A stretch of 64,000 nt of DNA from an uncultured Ruficoccus sp. (GTDB taxonomy: Bacteria; Verrucomicrobiota; Verrucomicrobiia; Opitutales; Cerasicoccaceae): positions 96,001-160,000 of the forward strand of contig OZ223475.1 of assembly GCA_965140785.1 (NCBI GenBank), written 5' to 3'. Each line of letters opens with the position of its first letter. Positions within the stretch are counted from its first letter, which is position 1. The notes under the pieces are model-generated. The model had not been told where the DNA came from. It saw nothing but the letters and a program-made list of their open reading frames with translations, and made no database searches. Shown here piece after piece: positions 27,893 to 36,808 of the stretch. Both the position numbers and the translations under genes were made by a program.

Positions 27893-30337
27893 GTGAAGCT
27901 TAAAAATGTTACACTAGAGCTCAGCTCGAAGCCTTTTTTTGACGACACACCGGAGATGATGGAGTGTGTCTGTCGTACGATGTTCCAACAGTGGGGGAAT
28001 CTGACGAAGCATGCCGATCAGGTATCGGTTTTGTTATGGATTGCCGATGGCAGTGAGATCCTAGAATACACCGGAGATCTGGAACAAGTCTTTGAGTGGG
28101 CCTACTGGTGCGGATGTGCAAACCCCATTCCGGCTCGCGGCAATGAGACGGATCGTGAAAAAATCAATACGCACTATTTCCCCAAAAAATACCGTGAGAA
28201 CGCCCGTCCAAGAACTTACGCTTGGCTCAGAGAGCTGATTGTCGTGATCAAGCGTGTTGGATTGGGAATGCTCGGTAAGCCAATTCGTGTTGGGGCTATC
28301 TTTGATAATGGACCTGAGTTTGCTATATCGAATTTCAAATATAAAAAGCATCCGGAAATTGCGCAGGCAGACACTATTTTCAAAGGCAGTTTTGTGACTT
28401 GCAACTCGACCTTGCATTACGATCCACAGCCCTATGCCGCATTTTCGGGCGGGGTCCCGAAGGGGACGACGCTGGGAGATTTTCTCGGTGCGCAGTTCAA
28501 GCTCTTTGCTCAGGACATGGGCTATGATTACATCTGGCTTTCCAATGGAATGGGCTTTGGGACTGAAACTTGGGGTATCAAGGGCGCACTTTTTGACAAG
28601 TCTTCTTTTTATCCGGAAAAAGCAGATGAGGCGGCTGGAACGATGCTACAGTTTTGGCGGGATTTTACCCGCCACTGGCCGGCAGATAAGATAGAAACAC
28701 GCGGCAGCAATTTTTCGGCCGGAGTGGAACTGGCTTCCGATGCGGCTCCTTTGAAAGAACTCTACGAAGAGTTCAAGATTGTTCCGCCGGTGAATTCACC
28801 ATGGGCAGCGCTCAATTTTAATAGTGGTCTGGAGTTGGCGGCCTGGATGTCACATGTAGCTGTGCTGCCCGGAGATACGTTCCCATACCGCTTTTATCCT
28901 CATGATCCGTGGTTTATGAATAGTCCATGGCTGGACAGATACGGACGTGAGCCTTGGGATATCTACCTGCCTTTGGGGGTAAGTCGAATAGACGAGAAGG
29001 GCCAAACATGGGCACCGAACAGCGTGGCGTTCCTGACAATTGATGACACGCTCGGGCGTATGCCGGATCAGGTTCCGGAGGAAGTCATTCCGCACATTAA
29101 ACAAGCCTTACGCCATGCACCTGATAGGCCAGGTCCATTTGTATGGCTGTACCCATTTTTCGAATACAGTGAAATGGTGCGAGGCGTGAAACGTCGCCCC
29201 GATATTGTTTTCAACGAGGATATGTTTCTTGGCGAAGCGATTCAGCAGGGTATCCCTCTCAATACAGTTGTAAGTACCGACAACTTTCGTACTTTGATGG
29301 CACAGGGATCGAATCTTTTGGGGGCTGCTGTTATCGTTGCACCAGTTTCATCCTATGCGTCCGTGGAGTCTTTTATTGGCCGAGGAGGGCAGGTTTTGTT
29401 TTATGGTTCGCTTGCTGATGCACCAGAGGAATTGCTTAAGACGCTTGGTCTGAGAAATACATATGCGATCTCGGGTGACTTTGACATAGCATGCTCCGAC
29501 GAAGACGATCAGTGCCTTAATGGCGGTTTTGCCACGTGTATTCATGTGCACGAGCAATTCTCTGGGGGAGGGCTTACAGAGGTAATTGATGCTCAGGATG
29601 GCTCGGTGATAGAACTCGCACGTGCGGATTCGAAACATTTTGGGGAGTCTAGAACCATCGCAATGGTTCGGCATCTTTCGAATAGGCAGAGGGTCGGTTT
29701 CGTTCGTAGTTTACTGCCATCGGATAGCGTGATTAATAGCGATTCCATTCGATTCGATTATGCGGGAAAAGATTTAGTATATCCCGTCGAAAAGCTTATG
29801 CGCAATGCGCTGGCTCAGTTTGGTTGGAATATCCGCTATGAGATCTACAAAGCTAGGGATACTTTTCCTCGCTTGTGTGTTTCACGACACAACAATGCTT
29901 TTTATTTTTCAGTTTTTGCCCCCAACACAGGGGCTAAAATCGAAATATCAACGCCATACGGAGCGCCGATTTTGGATGAATTGGAGACTTTGGTATCTGG
30001 TGATGTGACACATTGGTACCCGGGAAAATCATGGCACAAGGAGTGCCGCTGCTTTATCCGTCAGAATGGGGAAGGCATGGTGAGCTGTAAAATCATGATG
30101 GCGGCCTATCCCGAATACCAGGAGCGCCGGTGCTATTTTGACCTCAAGGATGCTGATGTGGTCTTCTTTCCGCCAGAAGAGTCCATGGAGCGTTTTGAAA
30201 TGGTACAGACGGGTTCGCGTTCGATCGTGGAAGGTGTTCTCTCGGAGATTCCGTTGGACTATGAACTGAAGAAAGATTCTAATGGTGCTCAAGTGGTGGT
30301 TCGTGGGGTCACGGGTAATCTTTGCGTATCCTGGTAA
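27893..30337 (+). CDS. Conserved hypothetical ~810 aa cytoplasmic protein, candidate carbohydrate-active enzyme (paralog 1)
   Basis: GTG start, no signal peptide; TLE.S.KPF, W.ADGSEILEY, DY.WLSNG.GFG, ETRG.N, NSPWAA, HDPW..NSPWLDRY motifs shared with 36809..39223. Confidence 0.75.
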   Translation: MKLKNVTLELSSKPFFDDTPEMMECVCRTMFQQWGNLTKHADQVSVLLWIADGSEILEYTGDLEQVFEWAYWCGCANPIPARGNETDREKINTHYFPKKYRENARPRTYAWLRELIVVIKRVGLGMLGKPIRVGAIFDNGPEFAISNFKYKKHPEIAQADTIFKGSFVTCNSTLHYDPQPYAAFSGGVPKGTTLGDFLGAQFKLFAQDMGYDYIWLSNGMGFGTETWGIKGALFDKSSFYPEKADEAAGTMLQFWRDFTRHWPADKIETRGSNFSAGVELASDAAPLKELYEEFKIVPPVNSPWAALNFNSGLELAAWMSHVAVLPGDTFPYRFYPHDPWFMNSPWLDRYGREPWDIYLPLGVSRIDEKGQTWAPNSVAFLTIDDTLGRMPDQVPEEVIPHIKQALRHAPDRPGPFVWLYPFFEYSEMVRGVKRRPDIVFNEDMFLGEAIQQGIPLNTVVSTDNFRTLMAQGSNLLGAAVIVAPVSSYASVESFIGRGGQVLFYGSLADAPEELLKTLGLRNTYAISGDFDIACSDEDDQCLNGGFATCIHVHEQFSGGGLTEVIDAQDGSVIELARADSKHFGESRTIAMVRHLSNRQRVGFVRSLLPSDSVINSDSIRFDYAGKDLVYPVEKLMRNALAQFGWNIRYEIYKARDTFPRLCVSRHNNAFYFSVFAPNTGAKIEISTPYGAPILDELETLVSGDVTHWYPGKSWHKECRCFIRQNGEGMVSCKIMMAAYPEYQERRCYFDLKDADVVFFPPEESMERFEMVQTGSRSIVEGVLSEIPLDYELKKDSNGAQVVVRGVTGNLCVSW

Positions 30338-30656
30338 CAATCAGCTTGTAGATTGCAACACATCAACTGCTGGCACCGTTCTCTTTGGTGCAAGCAGTTT
30401 TCAGGGGGGGTGAATCGAGCTTGTTGAGTGAGAGTGGACTTTGGGCAGGGAACCGGCATTTCATTGTCGTAAATTGGAATGCTTGACCTCTGCACCTCTT
30501 TATTTATTACACCAACGCATGACTCTGGTTGGTAAAAAGTTGATGCAACGGATTGGATGACCCGTCCACGAATCCTGCATGCTCAGTAGAAGAACTCTAC
30601 CAGATAAAGTGCATGGGGTGGTATTAGACCTTGGTACCCTCAATTCTTGAAACTGC

Positions 30657-32888
30657 CTAGCCGACGGCACGAAGTTGTACCAGTCTGCAATCGAAATCGC
30701 CAAATAGATCAACGCGTAGACCGAGGGACATCCAAGCGTTTCCCGTGCGAGTCATAGGCATTTGAGGGGTAGCGTCTGCCTGGTCCAGGTCTTCGGGGGT
30801 TGTCAAAATTACCTGAGCTTCATAATGCTTGTCGGCGTTGAGGCCGGAGAGGCGAACAGGTGACAACTTCCTGAAAAACTGAAGACCGTGACTGAAGAAG
30901 AATACAAGTGCTTCAGTCTTGTCGGCAGATACAAATTGGAAGGCGGCGAAGCGTTCCTCATCCAGACTCACGAGACGATGGAAGCTGCCGAATTTTTCCT
31001 GGGTGATCGGGCGAACCTGTTGCCTGAACAAGTCCGTGTAGCCGCGGAGTTCTTGCAGTTCTTCTTCGGTGCACTCTGGTAATTTTTTGCCAATGGAGAG
31101 CGAGCCCATCATGCCGACTAATGCCTGGAAAGTATTCGGCGGTTGACGGTGGTTGAGGAAGGTCATGCCATCGCTAATATTGCATCCTCCTCCAGCCAGA
31201 CGGGGGTGGTGCATGAGTGTGTACCCAGCGTGCATGCACAACGCGTCCAGGGCGTCCTGATTGTCGCTGCGATTCATGCGCCCAAAGTAACGATTCATGC
31301 CATAGTCTGAACGGCCTGCTCCTGATGCACAGTTCTCCATCAGAACATCGGGATGCTTGCTGGATATTTGCTCAAAGACTCGGTAAATGTTTCTCGTGTA
31401 GCGCACCCATATCTCCTGGCGTTTCACGGGAGCGACTTCGGGCCAGCCCGGCTCGCTGAACAGGTAGTTCATGTCGAGTTTTAGATAGCGGATGCCGGTT
31501 TCGTGGATGAGTGTGTCTATTTGCTGGATGAAGTAGTCGGCGACTTCGTCGATCGCGAAGTTCAGTAGGGCGCTATAGCGGTCCACGTCGGGACGATAAT
31601 GGGTGTGGGGCTCGCGACCCGGAAGGCGCATTAGCCATTCTGGGTGTGCCTTGTGGAGGTGACCGTTGATTTCACAAGACTCAATTTCGATCCAAAGGCC
31701 CAGTTCTATTCCGCGTTCACGCGTGAGTTCGATAATCGGTTTTAATCCATTGGGAAATTTAATAGCATCCGGGGTCCAGTCTCCGAGAGATGTCTGCCAA
31801 CCGTCGTCAATGACGAGTAGCTCCGCGCCAATCCGTGAGGCCCTGTCTGACAAGTTTAGCAGGTTGGCTTCATTGACGTCGGTGCCATAGCTGGCCCACG
31901 TATTGACGATAATCGGTGTGGGACGACCTATTTGGTCGGCGGGCAGAACGTGGTGCAGTTGGTATTGGTGAAGGACATTGCCCGCGCCATTGAAGCCTGA
32001 GTTGCGAACGTAGCCGATTGTCAGCCTGGGTGTTTCGAAGCGTTCGCCGGGAGCAAGCGTCCATCCAAAGTCGAAATCGTGCAGTCCAGCGTTGATGCTG
32101 GTCTGTCCGTAGGTATCGCGGCGGGCAGTGATTTTCCAGTTGCCACTCCAGTGGAGCGTGCCGAACCAGACCCGGCCGCCTGACTGGGTGGCGGGAGCCA
32201 CGGTTTCGTCGCAGGCAAAATAAGGCGTTGAGAATGTTCCAGACATTCCACTCCGGCTTTCCAGCGTAAGGGTCGGGTGGCTGATGCGCTGGCGGTCCAC
32301 TTGAGATTCGCCAAAGGGTTTTCCGTGGAGCGAGGTCAGTTGATAGTCTGAGTTTGTGGGCAGGTGCAGGCTTGCGCTAAGTGCTCGCTCCAGACGAATG
32401 GGGTCGTCGCTGCTGTTTACGATCTCGACCCAGCGGTCGATCACTGGAACGTCATCGTAAACATGATAATGCAGGAAAACCGATAGTGCCGGGTTATGTG
32501 GATCACTCATGTGGACGACGAGATCGTGCTCGCCGTTTTGTTCATGTGCCTCGTACTTGAGCTCAACTGAGTCATTGCCGTCACCATATGAGACCTTCAG
32601 AAGCGGTTCCTCGTAGTGTTGGCCTCCCCAGGAGGGAAATTCCTGGCGGCTGGTGAGCTCCCCGCAACGATCCCGACGAAGGCGGTGGCACTGTACTTCC
32701 TTTGTGGTCGGCAAATCATCGATTTCAGTTAGACTGTCCCCCCAGTGCAGGTGGATCAGGTGACCGGTGGCGTTGATGCCAAAAGCGTAGGAGACTGATT
32801 CGGTGGACTTGAGTCCGGCGTGAAGGAGGAAGCGGTGATGCAGGGCACATTCCATGCTACCGCCAGATTTGTTTTCAACGACAATCAC
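30657..32888 (-). CDS. Alpha-galactosidase, GH36 (start 32888 or 32855)
   Basis: NTWAS, LLVIDDGW, KFPNGL, GLWIE.E, YLKLDMN, ENCASG.GR, SDN.D motifs. Confidence 0.92.
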   Translation of the reverse strand: MIVVENKSGGSMECALHHRFLLHAGLKSTESVSYAFGINATGHLIHLHWGDSLTEIDDLPTTKEVQCHRLRRDRCGELTSRQEFPSWGGQHYEEPLLKVSYGDGNDSVELKYEAHEQNGEHDLVVHMSDPHNPALSVFLHYHVYDDVPVIDRWVEIVNSSDDPIRLERALSASLHLPTNSDYQLTSLHGKPFGESQVDRQRISHPTLTLESRSGMSGTFSTPYFACDETVAPATQSGGRVWFGTLHWSGNWKITARRDTYGQTSINAGLHDFDFGWTLAPGERFETPRLTIGYVRNSGFNGAGNVLHQYQLHHVLPADQIGRPTPIIVNTWASYGTDVNEANLLNLSDRASRIGAELLVIDDGWQTSLGDWTPDAIKFPNGLKPIIELTRERGIELGLWIEIESCEINGHLHKAHPEWLMRLPGREPHTHYRPDVDRYSALLNFAIDEVADYFIQQIDTLIHETGIRYLKLDMNYLFSEPGWPEVAPVKRQEIWVRYTRNIYRVFEQISSKHPDVLMENCASGAGRSDYGMNRYFGRMNRSDNQDALDALCMHAGYTLMHHPRLAGGGCNISDGMTFLNHRQPPNTFQALVGMMGSLSIGKKLPECTEEELQELRGYTDLFRQQVRPITQEKFGSFHRLVSLDEERFAAFQFVSADKTEALVFFFSHGLQFFRKLSPVRLSGLNADKHYEAQVILTTPEDLDQADATPQMPMTRTGNAWMSLGLRVDLFGDFDCRLVQLRAVG

Positions 32889-32925
32889 GGTGTTCGTGTG
32901 GTAAATGGGGCGTTAGTCGGTGGGG

Positions 32926-33960
32926 TTATTTGCCTTCGCAGGCGTCAAGGACGGCATCGAGGTCGCCCTCTGCAAGGCAAATGCAGGTATCGGCCGCACC
33001 GTAGTAAACACGCAGCCTGCGCGTATCAAGGTTGGCGATTGCACCTGCCGTGAACACGACATCTGGAACCGTTCCCATGTGCTCGTGAGGTAACTCCGGT
33101 GTAAGGAGATATTGCGGTGCCGAACCGATCACCTTTTCGGGATTCTCCAGATCGAGCAGTACTGCGCCGATGGAATAGCGTATGGTCCAGAAGCTGTTGT
33201 GGACGCCGTGAATGATCTCTAGCCAACCGCGTTCGGTTCTGATTGGTGGGGTGGGGCCTATCTTGAGCCCGGACCATTGGGCATGTCCTCGCTTGAGCAG
33301 AGGGCGGTGACGCCCCCAATGGATCAGGTCGGAGGATCGAGAAATCCACATGTTCGCGTAGGATTTCTCGTAAGGGGCACCCACGCTGTATGGGCGGTCG
33401 ATACGAACGTAGTCACCGTTGATTTTTTCCGGGAACAGGCAGGGGACGCGGTTATGAGGAAGGGCGATAATCTCGACAAACTCGACATTGACGAAGTCGG
33501 TTGTCTTATAGAGCAGACCGATGCAACCCCACTCGGAGTTCCCTGGTCTAATGATGTAGTAAATGTCTCCAATCTGCGTGATGCGGCAGTCGATTGTATG
33601 GTTATCCAGTTCTGGGAACGGGTGGTTGCCACAGGGCTCAAATAGGGGGGTGGCCCGAATGTCGAAGCTTATGCCGTCTTCACTTGTGGCTACATGGATT
33701 GAACTGTTTGGGTAAGTCCGGTTGGCGTGGACAATCGATATGAGAAGGAGAACTTTCCCTTGGAATATACATTGGCCTGGATTGAAAACGGCATCAGCTT
33801 GCGTCCAGGTGATGTCTTTCGGCTGAATCAGGGGGCCAGGCGTTACTCGCTTCAAGAGGGTATCGTACCTCAGAGCAGAGTCATTTGATTGGTGTGCGAA
33901 TTCTTTGTTACTCTTCTGGGAGTTTTTTACGCACTTTGTTTTAGGGTTAAAAGTATTCAT
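32926..33960 (-). CDS. GH130-family glycosidase/mannoside phosphorylase
   Basis: AVFNPG, DCRIT, LFPEKING.Y.R.DRP, KIG..PPI.TE.GWL.I.HGV, G.VPDVVF, YYGAADT motifs. Confidence 0.9.
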   Translation of the reverse strand: MNTFNPKTKCVKNSQKSNKEFAHQSNDSALRYDTLLKRVTPGPLIQPKDITWTQADAVFNPGQCIFQGKVLLLISIVHANRTYPNSSIHVATSEDGISFDIRATPLFEPCGNHPFPELDNHTIDCRITQIGDIYYIIRPGNSEWGCIGLLYKTTDFVNVEFVEIIALPHNRVPCLFPEKINGDYVRIDRPYSVGAPYEKSYANMWISRSSDLIHWGRHRPLLKRGHAQWSGLKIGPTPPIRTERGWLEIIHGVHNSFWTIRYSIGAVLLDLENPEKVIGSAPQYLLTPELPHEHMGTVPDVVFTAGAIANLDTRRLRVYYGAADTCICLAEGDLDAVLDACEGK

Positions 33961-33976
33961 TGTTCTATTAAATTTA

Positions 33977-33993
33977 ATATCTTGCAGAAGAAT
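33977..33993 (-). promoter_or_regulatory. LacI-type operator upstream of GH130-GH36
   Basis: Minus strand reads ATTCTTCTGCAAGATAT, matching core TCTTCTG(A/C)AAGA; minus-strand TTGACA at 34018-34013. Confidence 0.6.
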
Positions 33994-34100
33994 AATTGGC
34001 GAAAGGTTGACCTGTCAATGCGGATCGCTCTCGAATTATGTATTCGGCTGTTTGTCGGTAGTCTGATGCGCGCTGATTATGTGGCGCAGTACCGGTAGAC

Positions 34101-35141
34101 TCAGGCCGTTGCCCGTGGCTCGTCTGTAGAATCGCGAATGATTAACTTCGTGGATAGAATGTCTCTTGGGAGATTCCAATTTCCTGGGTTTTGGATCGCC
34201 TTATCGATAGCAGCAGCGGCCTGAAACCCTGCTTCTTCCAAGGGGTGCATGACGGTTGTGAGTGCTGTAAAAAGCAGGTCTGTGCCAGAGTTGTTGTCGA
34301 AACCCACGATGGAAATGTCCTTGGGGATATTTAGTCCGTGACGGTGGATAGCTGTCATAGCCCCATAGGCCATATTGTCGTCTACGGCTAGCACTGCAGT
34401 GAGTTCAGGGGCTTCATCCAGTAAGCGGTTCATTAGCTCAAACCCGGCAACACCCTTGGAGTAGGGGGCGGAATTGGGGGGGCGTGCAGGGGTACGGGCG
34501 ATCCAGTTAGGTTTTATGTGAAGATTCGATGATTTCATCGTGTTCTCATAGCCTTTGAATCGGTGTATCTGGTTAATTGATCCCTCGTGGAAAGTCAGGT
34601 ATCCAATATTGCGGTGTCCGAGTTCGATGAGATGTCTGGTTGCGGCACTGGAGCCTGAATAGGCGTCATGGTCAATGAATCCGGTGTTGGGGATAGCTAA
34701 TGGCGCGTCGAGAAAGATTACCGGAATTCCCAGGCTCCCGAGTTCAAGCTGCTCTCCATGGAAGTTTTCCGCCAGGGCTACGATGACGCCCGAGGCCTGT
34801 TGGTCTCGGATTTGCTCAAGTAGGGTGCCTTTTTGCTGACCGCTTCGTATCGTTATGCCTACTTCGATTTCATGCTTGCGGGCATAGCGCGTAATGCCTC
34901 GGAATGCTTTGCGAAAATATTCAGTCAGATCATCCTGTGGACACAGGAAAGTGATTTTAGCCGCTCGCATGCGAGGATAATCAGGTGTGAAATCATATTG
35001 TTGGAGCAGCTTCTGGATTTTGCTACGGGTCTTTTCGTTAACTCCCGTACGATTGTTCATCACTCGGGATACGGTGGAGATTGAGACTCCTGCTTCCTCG
35101 GCGATGCGGAAAATGCTGATTTCACTCTTTTTTCTAGCCAT
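34101..35141 (-). CDS. LacI-family transcriptional regulator
   Basis: SIFRIAEEAGVSISTVSRVMN HTH; HLIELGHRNIG, IPKDISIVGFD and LTTV motifs. Confidence 0.95.
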   Translation of the reverse strand: MARKKSEISIFRIAEEAGVSISTVSRVMNNRTGVNEKTRSKIQKLLQQYDFTPDYPRMRAAKITFLCPQDDLTEYFRKAFRGITRYARKHEIEVGITIRSGQQKGTLLEQIRDQQASGVIVALAENFHGEQLELGSLGIPVIFLDAPLAIPNTGFIDHDAYSGSSAATRHLIELGHRNIGYLTFHEGSINQIHRFKGYENTMKSSNLHIKPNWIARTPARPPNSAPYSKGVAGFELMNRLLDEAPELTAVLAVDDNMAYGAMTAIHRHGLNIPKDISIVGFDNNSGTDLLFTALTTVMHPLEEAGFQAAAAIDKAIQNPGNWNLPRDILSTKLIIRDSTDEPRATA

Positions 35142-35190
35142 TGATATCGAAATTGAGTTTCTTTTTGATGAACTCTATGAGAAGGGCTTC

Positions 35191-35252
35191 TCTTGCGAAA
35201 GAAAAAATATATCAAATTTAAATGTGCGCCGTGATGCACTTGCGAAAGATAT
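35191..35252 (-). promoter_or_regulatory. Two LacI-type operators upstream of the lacI-like gene (autoregulation)
   Basis: TCTTGCGAAAGA (35191-35202) and ACTTGCGAAAGATAT (35238-35252); quasi-palindromes with central CG. Confidence 0.6.
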
Positions 35253-35333
35253 TTGAGCGCGTCAGTCCTGCCAGGAATTTTTGGTCCTGTGGAGTATTCG
35301 ATTCTGTGGTTTCTTGTTCCTTTACAGCAACTT

Positions 35334-36473
35334 ATGGTTTTTGAAAAAGTTGTCTTGAAACCGCAAGCTTTACTTCTGCTGAGCATGTTGGCAGGTTGGA
35401 TGAACCGTCAGCAGCAGCAAGTCATCGACTATTTGGTGGAGGAGAATCGAGTTCTTCGTGAGCAACTCGACATCCACGCCAAGGGCAAACGCATTCGTTT
35501 CAACGCGAACCAACGCAGGCGCTTGGCTGAGAAAGGCCGTTGCCTGGGGTGTAAGATGTTGATGAAAATCGCGACGCTCGCGACACCAGAGACGATTTAC
35601 CGCTGGCATCGTCAGATTGTTGCAATGGCTTATGCCCCGAAGGGCCGGGATCATTCCGTAGTTCATGCCGGGCGGGCTCAGCGCAATGCGCTCATCATCA
35701 AGCTGGCCGTGGAGAACTCAGGCTGGGGATACACGCGTATCCAAGGCGTGATGCAGAATCTCGGCTATCCCAAACTGAGCACTTCGACTATCGGAGAGGT
35801 GCTGCGCGAGGCGAGTATCCGGCCTTCGCCGGAGCGCGGCAGTCGCTTGAATTGGAAGACGTTCATTCGCGTTCATGCCGATCAGCTTGCTGCCACAGAC
35901 TTCTTCATGGTGCCGGTGTGGACCTTGCGCGGACTGGCCATGTGCCGGGTGCATTTCGTGATCGATCTGCTGACGCGAAAGGTGGAGATCACGCATATCG
36001 GTTGCCAATACTCCGGAGAGTTGATGCTCCAAATTGCCCGGAACCGGACGGATGCATTCGAAGGATTTTTGACCGGCAAAAAGTACATGCTGCATGACCG
36101 AGACCCGCTCTTTACTCAGGCATTTCGGGATCTGCTGCGTAGCAGCGATACGATACCTCTGAAGCTGCCACCGCGCATGCCGATGATGAACGGCTACGCG
36201 GAGTGCTTCGTCAAATCGATCAAGCGTGAGTGTCTGGATAAGATGATTTTCTTCAGCGAGGATGCTCTGCGGAAGGCCATCGCTCAATACGTGCTGCATC
36301 ACCTCCATGAGAGGCCGCACCAGGGCCGCGATAACAAAATCATAGAGCCGGATGTAGAAACCTTTAGGAATCAGGGCCCGATCCGAAAAATCGCACACCT
36401 CGGCGGGCTCCTGAATCACTACTATCGCGATCCATTACCGGAAATTGGCGAAGAGGAGGGGAGGGCTGCATGA
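35334..36473 (+). CDS. Integrase-core (rve, DDE) transposase, apparently intact copy
   Basis: AGWMNRQQQ.VIDYL.EENRVL, TPETIYRWHR, N.GWGY.RIQG, AATDFF, HDRD, N.YAE.FVKSIK.ECL, ERPHQG, LGGLL motifs. Confidence 0.88.
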   Translation: MVFEKVVLKPQALLLLSMLAGWMNRQQQQVIDYLVEENRVLREQLDIHAKGKRIRFNANQRRRLAEKGRCLGCKMLMKIATLATPETIYRWHRQIVAMAYAPKGRDHSVVHAGRAQRNALIIKLAVENSGWGYTRIQGVMQNLGYPKLSTSTIGEVLREASIRPSPERGSRLNWKTFIRVHADQLAATDFFMVPVWTLRGLAMCRVHFVIDLLTRKVEITHIGCQYSGELMLQIARNRTDAFEGFLTGKKYMLHDRDPLFTQAFRDLLRSSDTIPLKLPPRMPMMNGYAECFVKSIKRECLDKMIFFSEDALRKAIAQYVLHHLHERPHQGRDNKIIEPDVETFRNQGPIRKIAHLGGLLNHYYRDPLPEIGEEEGRAA

Positions 36474-36610
36474 GCTTTTCCGAGAGTCACTTTTCTTCAA
36501 AAAATGCCCGAGTCCGATGCCCGGGTGACTCCTTTCCCATCGACTCATATGCCCTGAATCGGCAAAATCATGGGTGTATGATTTCGCCCTCCAACCTGCA
36601 AGCGAAAGGA

Positions 36611-36763
36611 CTTCTGGCACGCGCAAGTGACTGAGCGATGCGCGTCAATGCGACTGCGTGCAACTCAATTACCTTAACTGAGCCTTAGTTGGCAAATAGA
36701 TGGAGTCGCTTTGTGCTGGTAATAAGCGACTTATGGATGCGAGTCCGCGTCCCGTCACCTCCA
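36611..36763 (+). repeat. Conserved ~150 bp non-coding element, copy 1, ending in tmRNA/tRNA-3'-like TCCCGTCACCTCCA
   Basis: First 54 nt match 50517-50570 at 53/54 positions; similarity continues through TGCTGGTAAT to GTCCGCGTCCCGYCACCTCCA and then stops. Confidence 0.85.
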
Positions 36764-36808
36764 GTGTTGCGTTCTTCGGGTCCATGGCCTCGTTGGGGTC
36801 AGTAAGTG

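Noticed and set aside
30338..30656. ~320-bp gap between convergent genes with small ORFs
   Set aside because: No convincing ORF, repeat or strong hairpin found.
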